From positions 3,137-67,136 of the forward strand of contig JAMXCX010000001.1 of assembly GCA_024542985.1 (NCBI GenBank): a DNA stretch of 64,000 nucleotides, written 5' to 3'. Below, in pieces: positions 17,169 through 27,376 of the stretch. Position 1 is the first letter of the stretch, and the number at the start of each line of letters is the position of its first letter. This DNA is from Candidatus Omnitrophota bacterium. Lineage in GTDB: Bacteria; Omnitrophota; Gorgyraeia; Duberdicusellales; 4484-171. The notes under the pieces were generated by a model that was not told the origin of the DNA, made no database searches, and saw only the letters and a list, made by a program, of their open reading frames with translations. The position numbers and the translations under genes were made by a program.

Positions 17169-19012
17169 ATCTCTCTTTTTCGGGTCGAAGATAAAACCAG
17201 CATCCTTAATGATTCTTTATCCTTCATATCCATCCAGTGTTTATAGAAATTATGCTCGCGCACTATCTGGGCAATTGCCATTAAAACCCGCAAGTGAAAA
17301 TTTCTTACATCTTGAGAGCCAACCAGCACAAATGCAATATGTACCGGCTCTTCGTTAAGCGAAAAGGGTATACCGGGCCGTGACCTTGCTAAAATCATCT
17401 CAAACTTATTGGCTCCCGGCACAACGATATGCGGAATAGCCAGGCCTTTTTCAATAACCGTGTGTGATTCTTGCTCTCGTTTTAACAACAGATTTTTTAT
17501 TTGGGCCGCATCTATGTTAATTCGCTCAGATAAAACTTCACTAACCTGAGTAAAAAACTCATCCCTGCTCATTGGCTCCTCTATGTCCAACACCGGACAA
17601 TTCTCAATCAAATGGTCAAACCTGTCCTTTACTATATTATCCCGTTTATGAAGAATATCTTTTAATTCTTTCTCTAAAGAAGTATCAACAAACTCTTTAG
17701 CCGTAATTCTCTCTACTAAATGCATAAGGGCCGATTGTCTTTTTATCTTACGGGCTGAGAATAAAAACCAAACAAAGCTGACCATTGCAAAACAGCTACT
17801 TATAATAAGCGAGACCTTACCCATTTTAAAGATTAAAAAACTATAACTGATTAAGGCGAAAATCTGCAGCCAGGGATAAAAAGGCGTGCGAAATGTAGGC
17901 CGGTAATTTATTATCTTGCTTTCGCGCATTATAATAACCGAAAGGTTAACAAACATAAAAAGGATAATCATAAGGGTCGAAGCAATCTTTACTAAATCTT
18001 TAAGGTCTAAAAAAAGAATCAAAAGAAACATAAACAATCCTGTGACAATTACAGATAAAAAAGGAGTATTAAACTTCTTTGATAAAGAAGAAAACTTAGA
18101 AGGGAGTAAGCCATCTTTGGCCATAGCAAAAGGTATCCGCGAAGACGCGAATATACCGGCATTGGCAGTGCTAATAAAAGCGATAGCGGCCGCTAATGAT
18201 AACACTACAGCAAAGCTAACCCCTCCTAGCTTGAAAGCGCCGTGAGTCAAAGGTGTAAAGGTTGATACAAGTTCATGAGACGGTAAAATTCCAACTGTAA
18301 CTGCTATGCATAAACAATACAATACTTGCACGACAAAAAAAGCCAAAAACATACCCGTGGGAATAGTCTTGGAAGGATGCTTTGTATCTTCAGCAATAGA
18401 TGCCACTTTAGTGAGCCCCCCGTAGGAAATGAATACCAGGCCAACTACGGAAAGAAATGCTCCTTTACCTTGAGGCAAGAAAGGCTTAAAATTCTGCCAG
18501 GAAATATTCCTTACACCTAGAAAAACGTAGGTTGCGCATACCAAGAGTAGAAAAACAACCATCAGGTTCTGGATACGAGCGCTTAATTTAACGCTAAAAA
18601 TATTTATGATTACGAAAAGGACACAAAAAGAAGCAGCAACAAGTTTTACCTGAAAATAATCAAAAGAAGGCGAAAAATACTCTAAAAATAACCCTATACC
18701 CACCAAAGCAAAAGCACTTTTTAAAGCCAGCGAAAACCAGCTAGCCAAACCGCTAAATATCCCCAAAAACGGCCCAAAACTTCTCTCAATAAAAAAATAG
18801 GTCCCTCCGGCCTTAGGCATGGCAGTAATTAACTCTGATTTGCTTAAAATTGAAGGAATCATCAACAATCCGGCAAGAAAATAAGCTACAACTATAGAAG
18901 GCCCAGTTTGCCTATAAGCAATAGCCGGAAGTATGAATAACCCCGATGAAATCATAGTCCCGGTTGCCATACAGAAAATATCCCATAAACCAAGCTTTTC
19001 TTGAACTTTCAT
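17165..19012 (-). CDS. APC-family amino acid/polyamine permease fused to C-terminal PTS EIIA type-2 (EIIA-Ntr-like) domain
   Basis: ~440 aa with multiple TM helices (APC fold), then cytoplasmic domain ...KREQESHTVIEKGLAIPHIVVPG...PVHIAFVLVGSQD...HLRVLMAIAQIV matching PtsN/EIIA-2 with active-site His. Confidence 0.75.
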   Translation of the reverse strand: MKVQEKLGLWDIFCMATGTMISSGLFILPAIAYRQTGPSIVVAYFLAGLLMIPSILSKSELITAMPKAGGTYFFIERSFGPFLGIFSGLASWFSLALKSAFALVGIGLFLEYFSPSFDYFQVKLVAASFCVLFVIINIFSVKLSARIQNLMVVFLLLVCATYVFLGVRNISWQNFKPFLPQGKGAFLSVVGLVFISYGGLTKVASIAEDTKHPSKTIPTGMFLAFFVVQVLYCLCIAVTVGILPSHELVSTFTPLTHGAFKLGGVSFAVVLSLAAAIAFISTANAGIFASSRIPFAMAKDGLLPSKFSSLSKKFNTPFLSVIVTGLFMFLLILFLDLKDLVKIASTLMIILFMFVNLSVIIMRESKIINYRPTFRTPFYPWLQIFALISYSFLIFKMGKVSLIISSCFAMVSFVWFLFSARKIKRQSALMHLVERITAKEFVDTSLEKELKDILHKRDNIVKDRFDHLIENCPVLDIEEPMSRDEFFTQVSEVLSERINIDAAQIKNLLLKREQESHTVIEKGLAIPHIVVPGANKFEMILARSRPGIPFSLNEEPVHIAFVLVGSQDVRNFHLRVLMAIAQIVREHNFYKHWMDMKDKESLRMLVLSSTRKREI

Positions 19013-19063
19013 AATGTAAAAATCATACCATAATTTAAAAAAAGCTCAAAGTATAAAAGAATT

Positions 19064-19323
19064 ACCTGCCTGCTGTGTAGTTCTTCACAGTTTCAGTAAC
19101 AAGAAAGCAAAGATATGCAATAACAATTTTTGAGGAGGCTCTGAGGCCTTAAAAGCAAGGTATCCAGACCGAAGGGATGGATTTTTAAGGCCGAAGCGCC
19201 AGGCAAAAGTCCTGCCTGCTGCCGGCAGGCAGGACTTTTGGGTCCCAGAAAATTGTTAATGTATATCCATGGTCTTTTATCAAATGTTACCGAAATTCTG
19301 AAGTTGTACACGGTAGGCAGGCC
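19064..19323. promoter_or_regulatory. symmetric array of GC-rich CCTGCCTRC motifs (outer imperfect inverted repeats plus central palindrome CCTGCCTGCTGCCGGCAGGCAGG) directly upstream of the permease promoter
   Basis: 19066 fwd, 19211 fwd, 19224 rev, 19313 rev copies; a TTGAGC-16-TATGAT promoter lies between the left arm and the permease ATG. Confidence 0.4.
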
Positions 19324-19348
19324 TGGCTGTTGACAGCTTATACTGGCC

Positions 19349-22171
19349 TTACCGGCAAAGCCCTTGGAAAGGGCAATATCGACAACGCCTATCATGCCGG
19401 TCAGCCTCAAAAGGACAATTTAAATCAAATAATTCAGTAAATATTGCCGAAAGGGCCTCTAAGCATACTTGCATGATATCGTCTTTTTTGGAAAGATCGG
19501 ATTCTGAAAAAAGTGCTTTTCTCTGCAGTTTACGGATATTATATAATTCAGCGTTTGCGCAAATGCGAGGATAATCTTTTAAAACAAGATGATAATAAAT
19601 AGGTAATTGAAAAGACTTAATATTATTTTTTATCGCATCCCGGCTCATTGCCATATTTTTTAGGGCCGCGAAGCTCTTAGGTGCATAATTTGAGCCTCCG
19701 GTTTTATAATCGATGATTAAAATGCTGCCGTCGGAAAGTTCATCAATCCTGTCTACGGTATATCGAAAGTCAATTACATCCTCATTAAACTTTATCTGGC
19801 CCCTACGTCTTTCTTCAAGGCAGATAATTTTAGCCACTTCACGCTGGGCTTCCATTTCTAAAAACTTCTCAAGCCGGGCCCTGATTATTCCTTTCAGCAA
19901 AAATGAATCTGATTTCATACGCCTTACAATCTCTTTATCAAACTTATTATCCATCAATTTAAAAAAGCGCTTCTTAAAATTAGAATCTATCACGGGTTTC
20001 TGACCCTTAAATATTCCGAATGCCTCTTCTAACAGCTCATGGATAAAAGTCCCTATACCGGCAGCATCCGGACCCTCGAGCAAATCCTGGCTTTCCTTGA
20101 GGCCCAAAACATACTGAAAATAAAACTGCTGCGGACAAGCTAGATAAGTATTGATGCGGCTGGCAGAGTAAATCGATTCTTTTAAAAATCGTAATATTTC
20201 AGGAGTCTTTTTAACCTGCGATACTCCCACCTTAACATTTACTGAAAAATATGCTTTATAAGGCTTGATTACCTCTAACCTGTTTTGCTGTTTTTGTTTC
20301 TGCCACAGCAACCCTTCGATAAATCTACTCTTTTCTTTTTTTTGATTCTCTTCATAGATAAGATGCGTATTTTTTGCGCTAGATATAAGCCGCATAAACT
20401 GATACCTTTGTATTTCTTCTTCTTTCTCTAATCTGTTTAAGCCCAGACTCAACATAACCTCTCTGGGTATTAAGGGTTCATAAATTTTAAGTTTAGGAAA
20501 AACTGATTCGTTAGCATCCATTATAATCACATTATCAAAATTCAAAGAGCGCGTCTCCAGCAACCCCAATATTTGAGTTCCTTTTAAAGGAGACCCTTGA
20601 AAAGAAATAATCTCGCTTTGTAATTTCTGTTCGAAAACCTCCCAAATTTCAACACCGCTAAAGATTTCCTCACCGAATGAACAACTCCTAAACTCTTCTC
20701 CTATAAGGCGTAGTTTATCAATAACCTTAAAGTTAAAAGGAAAATTCAATATTAGGCTTTTGTCGATTAAAACATCAAGTAAAATCCCTAGTCTTTCGGC
20801 AAATATCTTAAAAGTATCTATATTCTCCCATATCTCAAAAAGCACCTCATGCAGCTTAAGCAGCACTTCTTTGCATTCATCAAGGCTGATTTCTATTTCC
20901 ATATTATTAAGAATTTCTGCGGAACGCAGATAAATCTTTTCTTCCTGCTCTATTTCCTTTAACCCTAAAAATAAACTTCCGCCCACTGAACTCTCTTCAC
21001 TGCCTTGCAGCAATTCTTCTATTTTATGCACAATTATACGCGTAATTCGCTGGTCCCTGAATAATTTCAAATTCTTAATTAAAGGCTGCCTTAAAACACT
21101 TAAATAGTCTTTTGTGTAATATTTATTGCCCTTTTTGCTCTTCTGAACTCTTCCTAAAGCACCAAATAAAGCATAAAATGAGCTTCTTTTTAATGGGTAG
21201 CCCATTGAAACATTAAATTCTTCTAATTCGCAAGAAACTTCTGTAAGCAAAGGAATAATAGTTTCCGGCCTGGGCACGACTATTACAGTACTATTTTTTC
21301 TGTTAATTTTTTTATTAATAATTCCCCTGACTAAACACACTTGGGAATGGATATCAAATCCCTGGTATAGACACAACCCCTCAACTGCCGGAGGTTCTTC
21401 TTTCGGCTTTATGGCCATTTTTAGTTGTAGGGAATTTTTCTTTAGTACCGACCAATGCTCTTGTGAACCCTGCCAGATACAAACCCCCTTATTCTTTTCT
21501 AAAATACCATTGATTATTTTTTGTTCTGTTGTATGTAAATAAAAAAAGTTACAAAATACTATCTTCTCAAACTCAAGCCAATCAGTATCCTTAACGGCTT
21601 TAGATGCCAACAGGTATTTTAGGCCTCGGGAATGAAAGCCTTTTTTACTCAAAGAATCATGGTAGGCTTTCCGCAAAGTTACTATATGCTCTAAGAGCGT
21701 ATTAATACTCTCCGGTATGTCGTACCCTATAGCAGCACTTTTTTCTATATTATGCAGAGATTCATCTTTTATATCCTCCAAATCCAGCTGTTCAATAAAA
21801 GAAATTAATTCTTTCGCCCAGGGAATAAATTCACTAAAAGAAATACTTTTCTTTAGTAAGTTTGGAAGATATTTTTTTGCCAAATTATAAATAAGAAAAT
21901 AAGAATCTAAACCGCCTATATTGGGTAAGTGTTCATCCCCGGCAATGACGTAATCGATAAATTCATCTATGGAAAAAATTTTGGGCGGAATAAAACTTTT
22001 CTTGATCCTTCTTGAGAGTTCTTTTCTTAGAAATAATGCCGGACGCCTGCCGCCGAAGATGCAAGCAACCCGGCTCAAATCATTATCCGGCTTTAGGTAA
22101 TTATCACATAGATAATCTGTGAGATTCCTAATAAAATTTTCTCCAAAATTATAAGTTATAACACGTTCCAT
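19349..22171 (-). CDS. addB: AddB/RexB-type helicase-nuclease subunit (PD-(D/E)XK nuclease with C-terminal Fe-S cysteines)
   Basis: 940 aa; C-terminal nuclease domain with IIDYKTG and CRYCPFQGLC cluster; immediately downstream of addA-like gene. Confidence 0.75.
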   Translation of the reverse strand: MERVITYNFGENFIRNLTDYLCDNYLKPDNDLSRVACIFGGRRPALFLRKELSRRIKKSFIPPKIFSIDEFIDYVIAGDEHLPNIGGLDSYFLIYNLAKKYLPNLLKKSISFSEFIPWAKELISFIEQLDLEDIKDESLHNIEKSAAIGYDIPESINTLLEHIVTLRKAYHDSLSKKGFHSRGLKYLLASKAVKDTDWLEFEKIVFCNFFYLHTTEQKIINGILEKNKGVCIWQGSQEHWSVLKKNSLQLKMAIKPKEEPPAVEGLCLYQGFDIHSQVCLVRGIINKKINRKNSTVIVVPRPETIIPLLTEVSCELEEFNVSMGYPLKRSSFYALFGALGRVQKSKKGNKYYTKDYLSVLRQPLIKNLKLFRDQRITRIIVHKIEELLQGSEESSVGGSLFLGLKEIEQEEKIYLRSAEILNNMEIEISLDECKEVLLKLHEVLFEIWENIDTFKIFAERLGILLDVLIDKSLILNFPFNFKVIDKLRLIGEEFRSCSFGEEIFSGVEIWEVFEQKLQSEIISFQGSPLKGTQILGLLETRSLNFDNVIIMDANESVFPKLKIYEPLIPREVMLSLGLNRLEKEEEIQRYQFMRLISSAKNTHLIYEENQKKEKSRFIEGLLWQKQKQQNRLEVIKPYKAYFSVNVKVGVSQVKKTPEILRFLKESIYSASRINTYLACPQQFYFQYVLGLKESQDLLEGPDAAGIGTFIHELLEEAFGIFKGQKPVIDSNFKKRFFKLMDNKFDKEIVRRMKSDSFLLKGIIRARLEKFLEMEAQREVAKIICLEERRRGQIKFNEDVIDFRYTVDRIDELSDGSILIIDYKTGGSNYAPKSFAALKNMAMSRDAIKNNIKSFQLPIYYHLVLKDYPRICANAELYNIRKLQRKALFSESDLSKKDDIMQVCLEALSAIFTELFDLNCPFEADRHDRRCRYCPFQGLCR

Positions 22172-22204
22172 GTCTCACCGGTCGTAAACCGTAAATTATA
22201 AGTT

Positions 22205-25200
22205 CTAAGTAGCGGTTACTTCCGCTTTTTTTAATTCATCAAGATAAACCAAAATGCCTCTTACCTTATGCCTAGGATATATATCACTGATAATCCGGAT
22301 ATATTCGTTAACCTGCTTTTTGTGTTGTTGTTCGTCAATTCTAGATAATTTATAATCAACTATCCAGACTTCATCATCTTTGACTATCAGGCGGTCGATT
22401 CTCTTCAAATCACCAAAGCTGTTGGCTACCTCTTTCTCACAAAATACATCTCCCTCACTGATATAAAAAATATCTCTTAAATTTTCGGCAGAAATAACTT
22501 GTTTTACTTTTTCGCATATTCCAACAGATGAAATTTCAAAAAAAGGATACTTGAGTTTGGCAAATTTAATTGCCTTGATAATTAAAGAGTCTAAATCCTG
22601 TTTCTGACAATTACCTACCCGGGAAAAAACTGCATGCAAAAAATTTCCTTCTAGTATTTTTTCTCGGTTCTCTACTTCTTTCGCATCGCCGAATTCATCT
22701 TTAAGTGCCTCTATCCAATCCTTATACACAGAGCAGGGAATACCGATAAAAAGTTGATCTTTATCTCTTTTATAATGTTTATATTTTTTTTGTAGGCCTT
22801 GGATTTTTATATCCTCCGGTATAAGAAATCTAACCTTATTCGTTGAGTTAGAACTTTTCTTAGGAATAAATGCATATAATTCATATTGGGCTCTTGTTAA
22901 GGCGACATAAATATTATTTAACTCATCAATACAAGCTTTCTTGTAATCCTGTGAATAAATTTTTTGCAGAAGAGGCGAAAAAGAACGGTAGACTTTAGTA
23001 ATACGCATTAAACCTAACTCTGGGCCTTCCTCATTCACAACATGGGAATTCGTGCCTTTGCCGGCGGTTTCAGGAACAATATCCATGCGTAAAAAGGGAA
23101 TAATTACTACTGCAAACTCTAACCCTTTCGCCTTATGGATAGTAAGCACTTTTACTGAATCACTGTGTGCGGCATTAACATATAAATCATCCGGGGAAGG
23201 ATCCTTTAAATATAATAGAAAATCTCCTAAGCCAGTGTATTCATCTTCATTTGTTTTTACCAACTCTAGAAATTTCATAAAAAACCCTTGCGAATCTTTA
23301 AATTTACGCATTAAGTCAAATCTCTGGTATATGCTCACTAAAAGCTCGTAAGGCGAGATAAATCCTACAGCCTTTAAAAACTTATCTATACATTCTTCCC
23401 ATTGTTGGGGAAATTCCTGGCTAAACGATTTATAAACCGCTTTTTTACTGCGAAATTTTCTTTCTTTATGTAAAGTAAATAAAAAATCTCTGATATCATC
23501 TTTGGGAATACCACTGACTGCTGAAAATATGTCGCCTAAAATAAAAGCCGAAAAACTCAAATCATCTATCGGGGAATGCAAAAATTTCAAAAAATATATA
23601 AGTTCTTTTGTCAAATTATTTTCAACTACGTTCAAGGTCTTCTCAGACTCAACAGACATTCCCGCCCCGAGAAGCCAAGAGGTAACTAGCTCAACTTCAC
23701 TGTTATCTCTAGTAAGGATAGCGATATCTTTCTCTCGAAACCTCCGGCTTAATTTTTTTATTAGCTCAAGTATTTTTTCCTGCATTATGGCATCACGTTC
23801 CTGTTGATTCTTTTCATTAATTCTCTCTATCTGCACGTACCCGAAATCATTTTCTACCTTATGCTGCTGAAACGAATCTTTGAAAATAGAAACTATATCT
23901 TCTGCTGACTGGGTATCAGCCAATTCTTTTACGATTTCGGAAGCAATTAACATCTCTTTTAGGTTTTCTTTCGAAAAAATCCTGTTATTAAAGTTAACTA
24001 TTTCTTTCTGGCTGCGCCAATTTTTTGCTAAATTAGTACCTCTAACACCAAACTGGGAGAATTCTTTCTTGACATCATCAAACAATCCAGCCTGTCCTCC
24101 TCTAAACCGGTATATTGCCTGTTTTTTATCTCCGACATAGAAAAACGTGCCTCCGGTTGATAAACCTTCTTTTACCATTTCATAGAGATTATGCCACTGC
24201 AGGAGGCTTGTGTCCTGAAACTCATCAATTAGATAATGCCTGAAACGAGTAGCCAGCCTATAGTAGGCTTCAGCAATAGTTATGCCATTTTCAGCGAAAA
24301 GAAGACGGGCTTTTGCGTTGAGTTCCTCTAGAAATAAAATATCCTCCTTTCGGGAAACTGCTTGAAAGAATTGAGCCAGCCGGTTAAAAAGTTTAATATA
24401 AGGGTTATAGGCAACCGTTGCCTCTAATTCTATAAGTCCTTTTAGCTGCTCGAAAATATTTTTCCACTTCTTGCTAAAAGAATTACCGGCTAAACTTTCC
24501 TTATTCATTCTTGCAAAAGGACTCATAAGCGCGGTAGGCAAAGATGATGTATCAAAAATATCTTTGTTTTTATCAAGAAATCTTATTATAGATTTTTTTG
24601 CCTTAGCATTAAGGCCTTCGGGAAAATCAAGCGAAAGATTATTAATTTGTTTATAGATATGTTTTTTCTTTTTTATCACATCTAAGCTCAAACCTTCAAA
24701 AGCCGCAAACCTCTTTCCATATTTATTACTCAGCCTGAAAAGAGAACGCATCAATTGCAAGATATCATCCCGGGGAAACCAACCTTCTCTGTTTTCAACA
24801 AATAGATAATGCTCCAGGAAATCTTCCAAAAATTCAAATACTTCCGCTTGTGTATGCGCCTGCTCAATAACTAAATCGAGACAGTAAGAAAGGTAATTTT
24901 CATAATTTCTTTTGATTTTAAAACTTGCCGAGCGATTGATATGTATAGCGCAGCCCAACAGAAGAGAATTGATAAAGCTATCTATTGTCTGGACCTGAAA
25001 AAAATTGTAGTTTGTAATAATCGCATCCATAAGCTCCAGGGCTTTACTTTGAGCCTTTTGCTTATCTAGACCTAAAAAATCAAAAATATCCTTCTCCTCA
25101 TCAGGCTCAGAAAATGAATCTAAAGCTATTCTTTTTAAAAACTCTAAAATTCTCTCCTTCATCTCCAGGGTGGCTCTATTGGTAAAGGTAATAGCCAAAA

Positions 25201-25381
25201 TATCCCTTAAAGGGTTTTGAATCTTTTTAAAATCTGAATTTATAAGCAAATATAGGTATCTTTTGGCAAGAGCCCGGGTTTTTCCCGATCCGGCCGAGGC
25301 TTCTACAACAATAACCTTAGGAGAATTGGAAGAGTTTAGGTCGGTTTCAACATTCATCAAATACTTGCGATCCGGAAACAA
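22205..25381 (-). CDS. addA: AddA-type ATP-dependent helicase/nuclease (UvrD-like helicase plus C-terminal PD-(D/E)XK)
   Basis: Walker A VVEASAGSGKTRAL; UvrD-like helicase motifs; C-terminal nuclease motif ...IVDYKLS. Confidence 0.8.
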   Translation of the reverse strand: MFPDRKYLMNVETDLNSSNSPKVIVVEASAGSGKTRALAKRYLYLLINSDFKKIQNPLRDILAITFTNRATLEMKERILEFLKRIALDSFSEPDEEKDIFDFLGLDKQKAQSKALELMDAIITNYNFFQVQTIDSFINSLLLGCAIHINRSASFKIKRNYENYLSYCLDLVIEQAHTQAEVFEFLEDFLEHYLFVENREGWFPRDDILQLMRSLFRLSNKYGKRFAAFEGLSLDVIKKKKHIYKQINNLSLDFPEGLNAKAKKSIIRFLDKNKDIFDTSSLPTALMSPFARMNKESLAGNSFSKKWKNIFEQLKGLIELEATVAYNPYIKLFNRLAQFFQAVSRKEDILFLEELNAKARLLFAENGITIAEAYYRLATRFRHYLIDEFQDTSLLQWHNLYEMVKEGLSTGGTFFYVGDKKQAIYRFRGGQAGLFDDVKKEFSQFGVRGTNLAKNWRSQKEIVNFNNRIFSKENLKEMLIASEIVKELADTQSAEDIVSIFKDSFQQHKVENDFGYVQIERINEKNQQERDAIMQEKILELIKKLSRRFREKDIAILTRDNSEVELVTSWLLGAGMSVESEKTLNVVENNLTKELIYFLKFLHSPIDDLSFSAFILGDIFSAVSGIPKDDIRDFLFTLHKERKFRSKKAVYKSFSQEFPQQWEECIDKFLKAVGFISPYELLVSIYQRFDLMRKFKDSQGFFMKFLELVKTNEDEYTGLGDFLLYLKDPSPDDLYVNAAHSDSVKVLTIHKAKGLEFAVVIIPFLRMDIVPETAGKGTNSHVVNEEGPELGLMRITKVYRSFSPLLQKIYSQDYKKACIDELNNIYVALTRAQYELYAFIPKKSSNSTNKVRFLIPEDIKIQGLQKKYKHYKRDKDQLFIGIPCSVYKDWIEALKDEFGDAKEVENREKILEGNFLHAVFSRVGNCQKQDLDSLIIKAIKFAKLKYPFFEISSVGICEKVKQVISAENLRDIFYISEGDVFCEKEVANSFGDLKRIDRLIVKDDEVWIVDYKLSRIDEQQHKKQVNEYIRIISDIYPRHKVRGILVYLDELKKAEVTAT

Positions 25382-25547
25382 TTAAAGCAGATTAACTCTA
25401 AATTTAGTGAAGATGATCTTTACTTCTAAAGTATGCCCGGTGAAAGGGTCAGGATTTGTTCAGGGTCAATGCTAGAGCGGCGTTTCAAACTTAAATCCAA
25501 ATGGCGGTGTTTTGGGCCGCAAAAGTATAAAGGCTAACAAAAAGAAT

Positions 25548-25901
25548 CTATTTTAAGAATTTTTCTTTTAACTTTTTGTAATAGTAGGTACAAAATTTAT
25601 CTTGTTTAGCTTGTTCTATATCCCTTATTTCTCCGCCGCAAAAATAGCCATTTTCAGGATCGATAAATTCTGACCACACTACTAATACCTTCAATTCAAC
25701 AGAATCTAATTCCTCAGGAATAAAGTAATCAATAAGAAGGACTTGCCCTTTCTTCCACTCGAGCTCAGAAGAAAAGCATATACCCATAAGCGTAAGGTCC
25801 TTACTTTTGCCTTTGTGCATCTTACCTGCTTCTTCTATGGACCTTATCTCCAGGAAATCTCCCGCGTTTAGCCTTATTAATTGCCTTCTATTATTTTCCA
25901 T
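25548..25901 (-). CDS. PilZ domain-containing protein (putative c-di-GMP receptor)
   Basis: RRQLIR (RxxxR) and DLTLMGICF (DxSxxG-like) motifs. Confidence 0.6.
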   Translation of the reverse strand: MENNRRQLIRLNAGDFLEIRSIEEAGKMHKGKSKDLTLMGICFSSELEWKKGQVLLIDYFIPEELDSVELKVLVVWSEFIDPENGYFCGGEIRDIEQAKQDKFCTYYYKKLKEKFLK

Positions 25902-25927
25902 AGCCTTTGATTATAACAAAAAATAGC

Positions 25928-26617
25928 CTAATTATCTATTCTTTTTTTATTTGGCCGGTATAAAACATTCTCTGCTTTTTTAAAAACGCTCTGCTTGAAA
26001 GTATGCTCCAAATCAATGCCGCAAGAGTGAGCTAAGGCACAAATATCAAATATTAGATTTGCAAAAAACGTTTGCTTATCGTGCTTCTCTTTAAGCAGTC
26101 TAAAATTGTTTTCTATAACAGAAGATAGCTCTGGCTGCGTATTTTTCTTCAATCGCTTCCCGTTAATATTAGCGCATTCCTTAAAAAAAATTCCTGCTAG
26201 TAGCAGAGCCGGCGCACTAATCGGCAGCCTATCCTTTATCGATTTTCTTTTTTTCTTTTTTGCTTTTTCTTGTATCCAAAACTTAAGAATACTTTTTTTG
26301 GTTCGCAATTTCTTTGATGAAAAAACATGGGGATGCCGAGAAATTAATTTACTACTGACAGCATCTAGAACCTTCTCTATGCTAACTCGCTTTTTCCTTT
26401 TAAGCATCTCAGTTATAACAACAAGAATGAGAAAAATATCCCCTAATTCTTCTTTTATAGTCTCAACATTGGCGTCATCAATACCATCTATCAACTCATA
26501 AACCTCCTCTAGGAGATATTTCTTCATATTGTCTATATTCTGCGCCCTATCCCAAGGACAGCCTTGGGGTGAACGCAGTATTCTTACTGTATCCAATAAT
26601 TTATCGAACTCTTTCAT
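25928..26617 (-). CDS. mazG: nucleoside triphosphate pyrophosphohydrolase MazG
   Basis: LRSPQGCPWDRAQNIDNMKKYLLEEVYEL classic MazG N-terminus. Confidence 0.8.
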   Translation of the reverse strand: MKEFDKLLDTVRILRSPQGCPWDRAQNIDNMKKYLLEEVYELIDGIDDANVETIKEELGDIFLILVVITEMLKRKKRVSIEKVLDAVSSKLISRHPHVFSSKKLRTKKSILKFWIQEKAKKKKRKSIKDRLPISAPALLLAGIFFKECANINGKRLKKNTQPELSSVIENNFRLLKEKHDKQTFFANLIFDICALAHSCGIDLEHTFKQSVFKKAENVLYRPNKKRIDN

Positions 26618-26660
26618 TCTACAAGTAAGACCTTAAAGCTCCTCATTCCAATAATGGGGA

Positions 26661-26683
26661 TACCTACCTGCCGGTAGGTAAGG
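26661..26683. repeat. GC-rich palindromic motif TACCTACCTGCCGGTAGGTAAGG (variant of CTGCCGGCAG family) ~45-65 nt upstream of mazG
   Basis: Read directly. Confidence 0.45.
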
Positions 26684-26750
26684 AGCTATTTTCTTGACAT
26701 TTCGCCCGCTCTGAGGCAAGCTTCTCCCTTATCATCGGACAGATGGGATA

Positions 26751-27350
26751 TCAAGCCTGGAGAGTTGTCAAGCTATCAAAATATATGATATCCTTTAAGG
26801 ACCGTTTAGGAACATGCAGCCTGTTTTTTTTATCCAGCCAATATTTTATGTTTTTTGCATCTTGCTCTAATTTAGGCTCCTCAGCCGCAAACCCCCCGGC
26901 AATTACAGAATCGATTTCATAATTCTTAGGTATATTTAAAAAATTACCTAAAGACTTTCTATCCAAAGAAGCAATCCAGCATGCCCCTACTCCCTGCTCT
27001 AAAAATGTCAATATCATATTCTCAGCAGCTGCTCCCACATCCCTAAGGTCGAAATTTTGAGATTTCTCTTTATTCATAAGTATAAATACATAAAAAGTCG
27101 GCCTCATGCCAGCCGGAGGAGTCCTTCTAGGGTATAAATAACCGGCCCAACGGGTATAAGTAAAAATCTTCTCTCTTAAGAGTTTATCTTTTACTACTAG
27201 ATATTCTAAAAACTGCAAGTTTGCTGCACAAGGAGCAAGACGCGCAGCATTTACTCCTTTTTTAATTACAGCCGAAGGAACTTTCCTTTGTTTAAATAAG
27301 CGTATTGATCTGCGCTTTATAATCAAATTGTATAATTTTTGCTGCATCAC
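26751..27350 (-). CDS. nitroreductase family protein
   Basis: IKRRSIRLFKQRKV N-terminal nitroreductase signature. Confidence 0.7.
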   Translation of the reverse strand: MMQQKLYNLIIKRRSIRLFKQRKVPSAVIKKGVNAARLAPCAANLQFLEYLVVKDKLLREKIFTYTRWAGYLYPRRTPPAGMRPTFYVFILMNKEKSQNFDLRDVGAAAENMILTFLEQGVGACWIASLDRKSLGNFLNIPKNYEIDSVIAGGFAAEEPKLEQDAKNIKYWLDKKNRLHVPKRSLKDIIYFDSLTTLQA

Positions 27351-27376
27351 TTCTTCTTACGATAATTTGAATTGCT

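Noticed and set aside
19093-19410. 105-aa ORF on minus strand from the ORF track
   Set aside because: It lies entirely in the intergenic region between the permease start and the addB stop, and spans the GC-rich palindromes. It has no Shine-Dalgarno and a low-complexity translation. It is most likely a chance ORF created by the GC-rich repeats.
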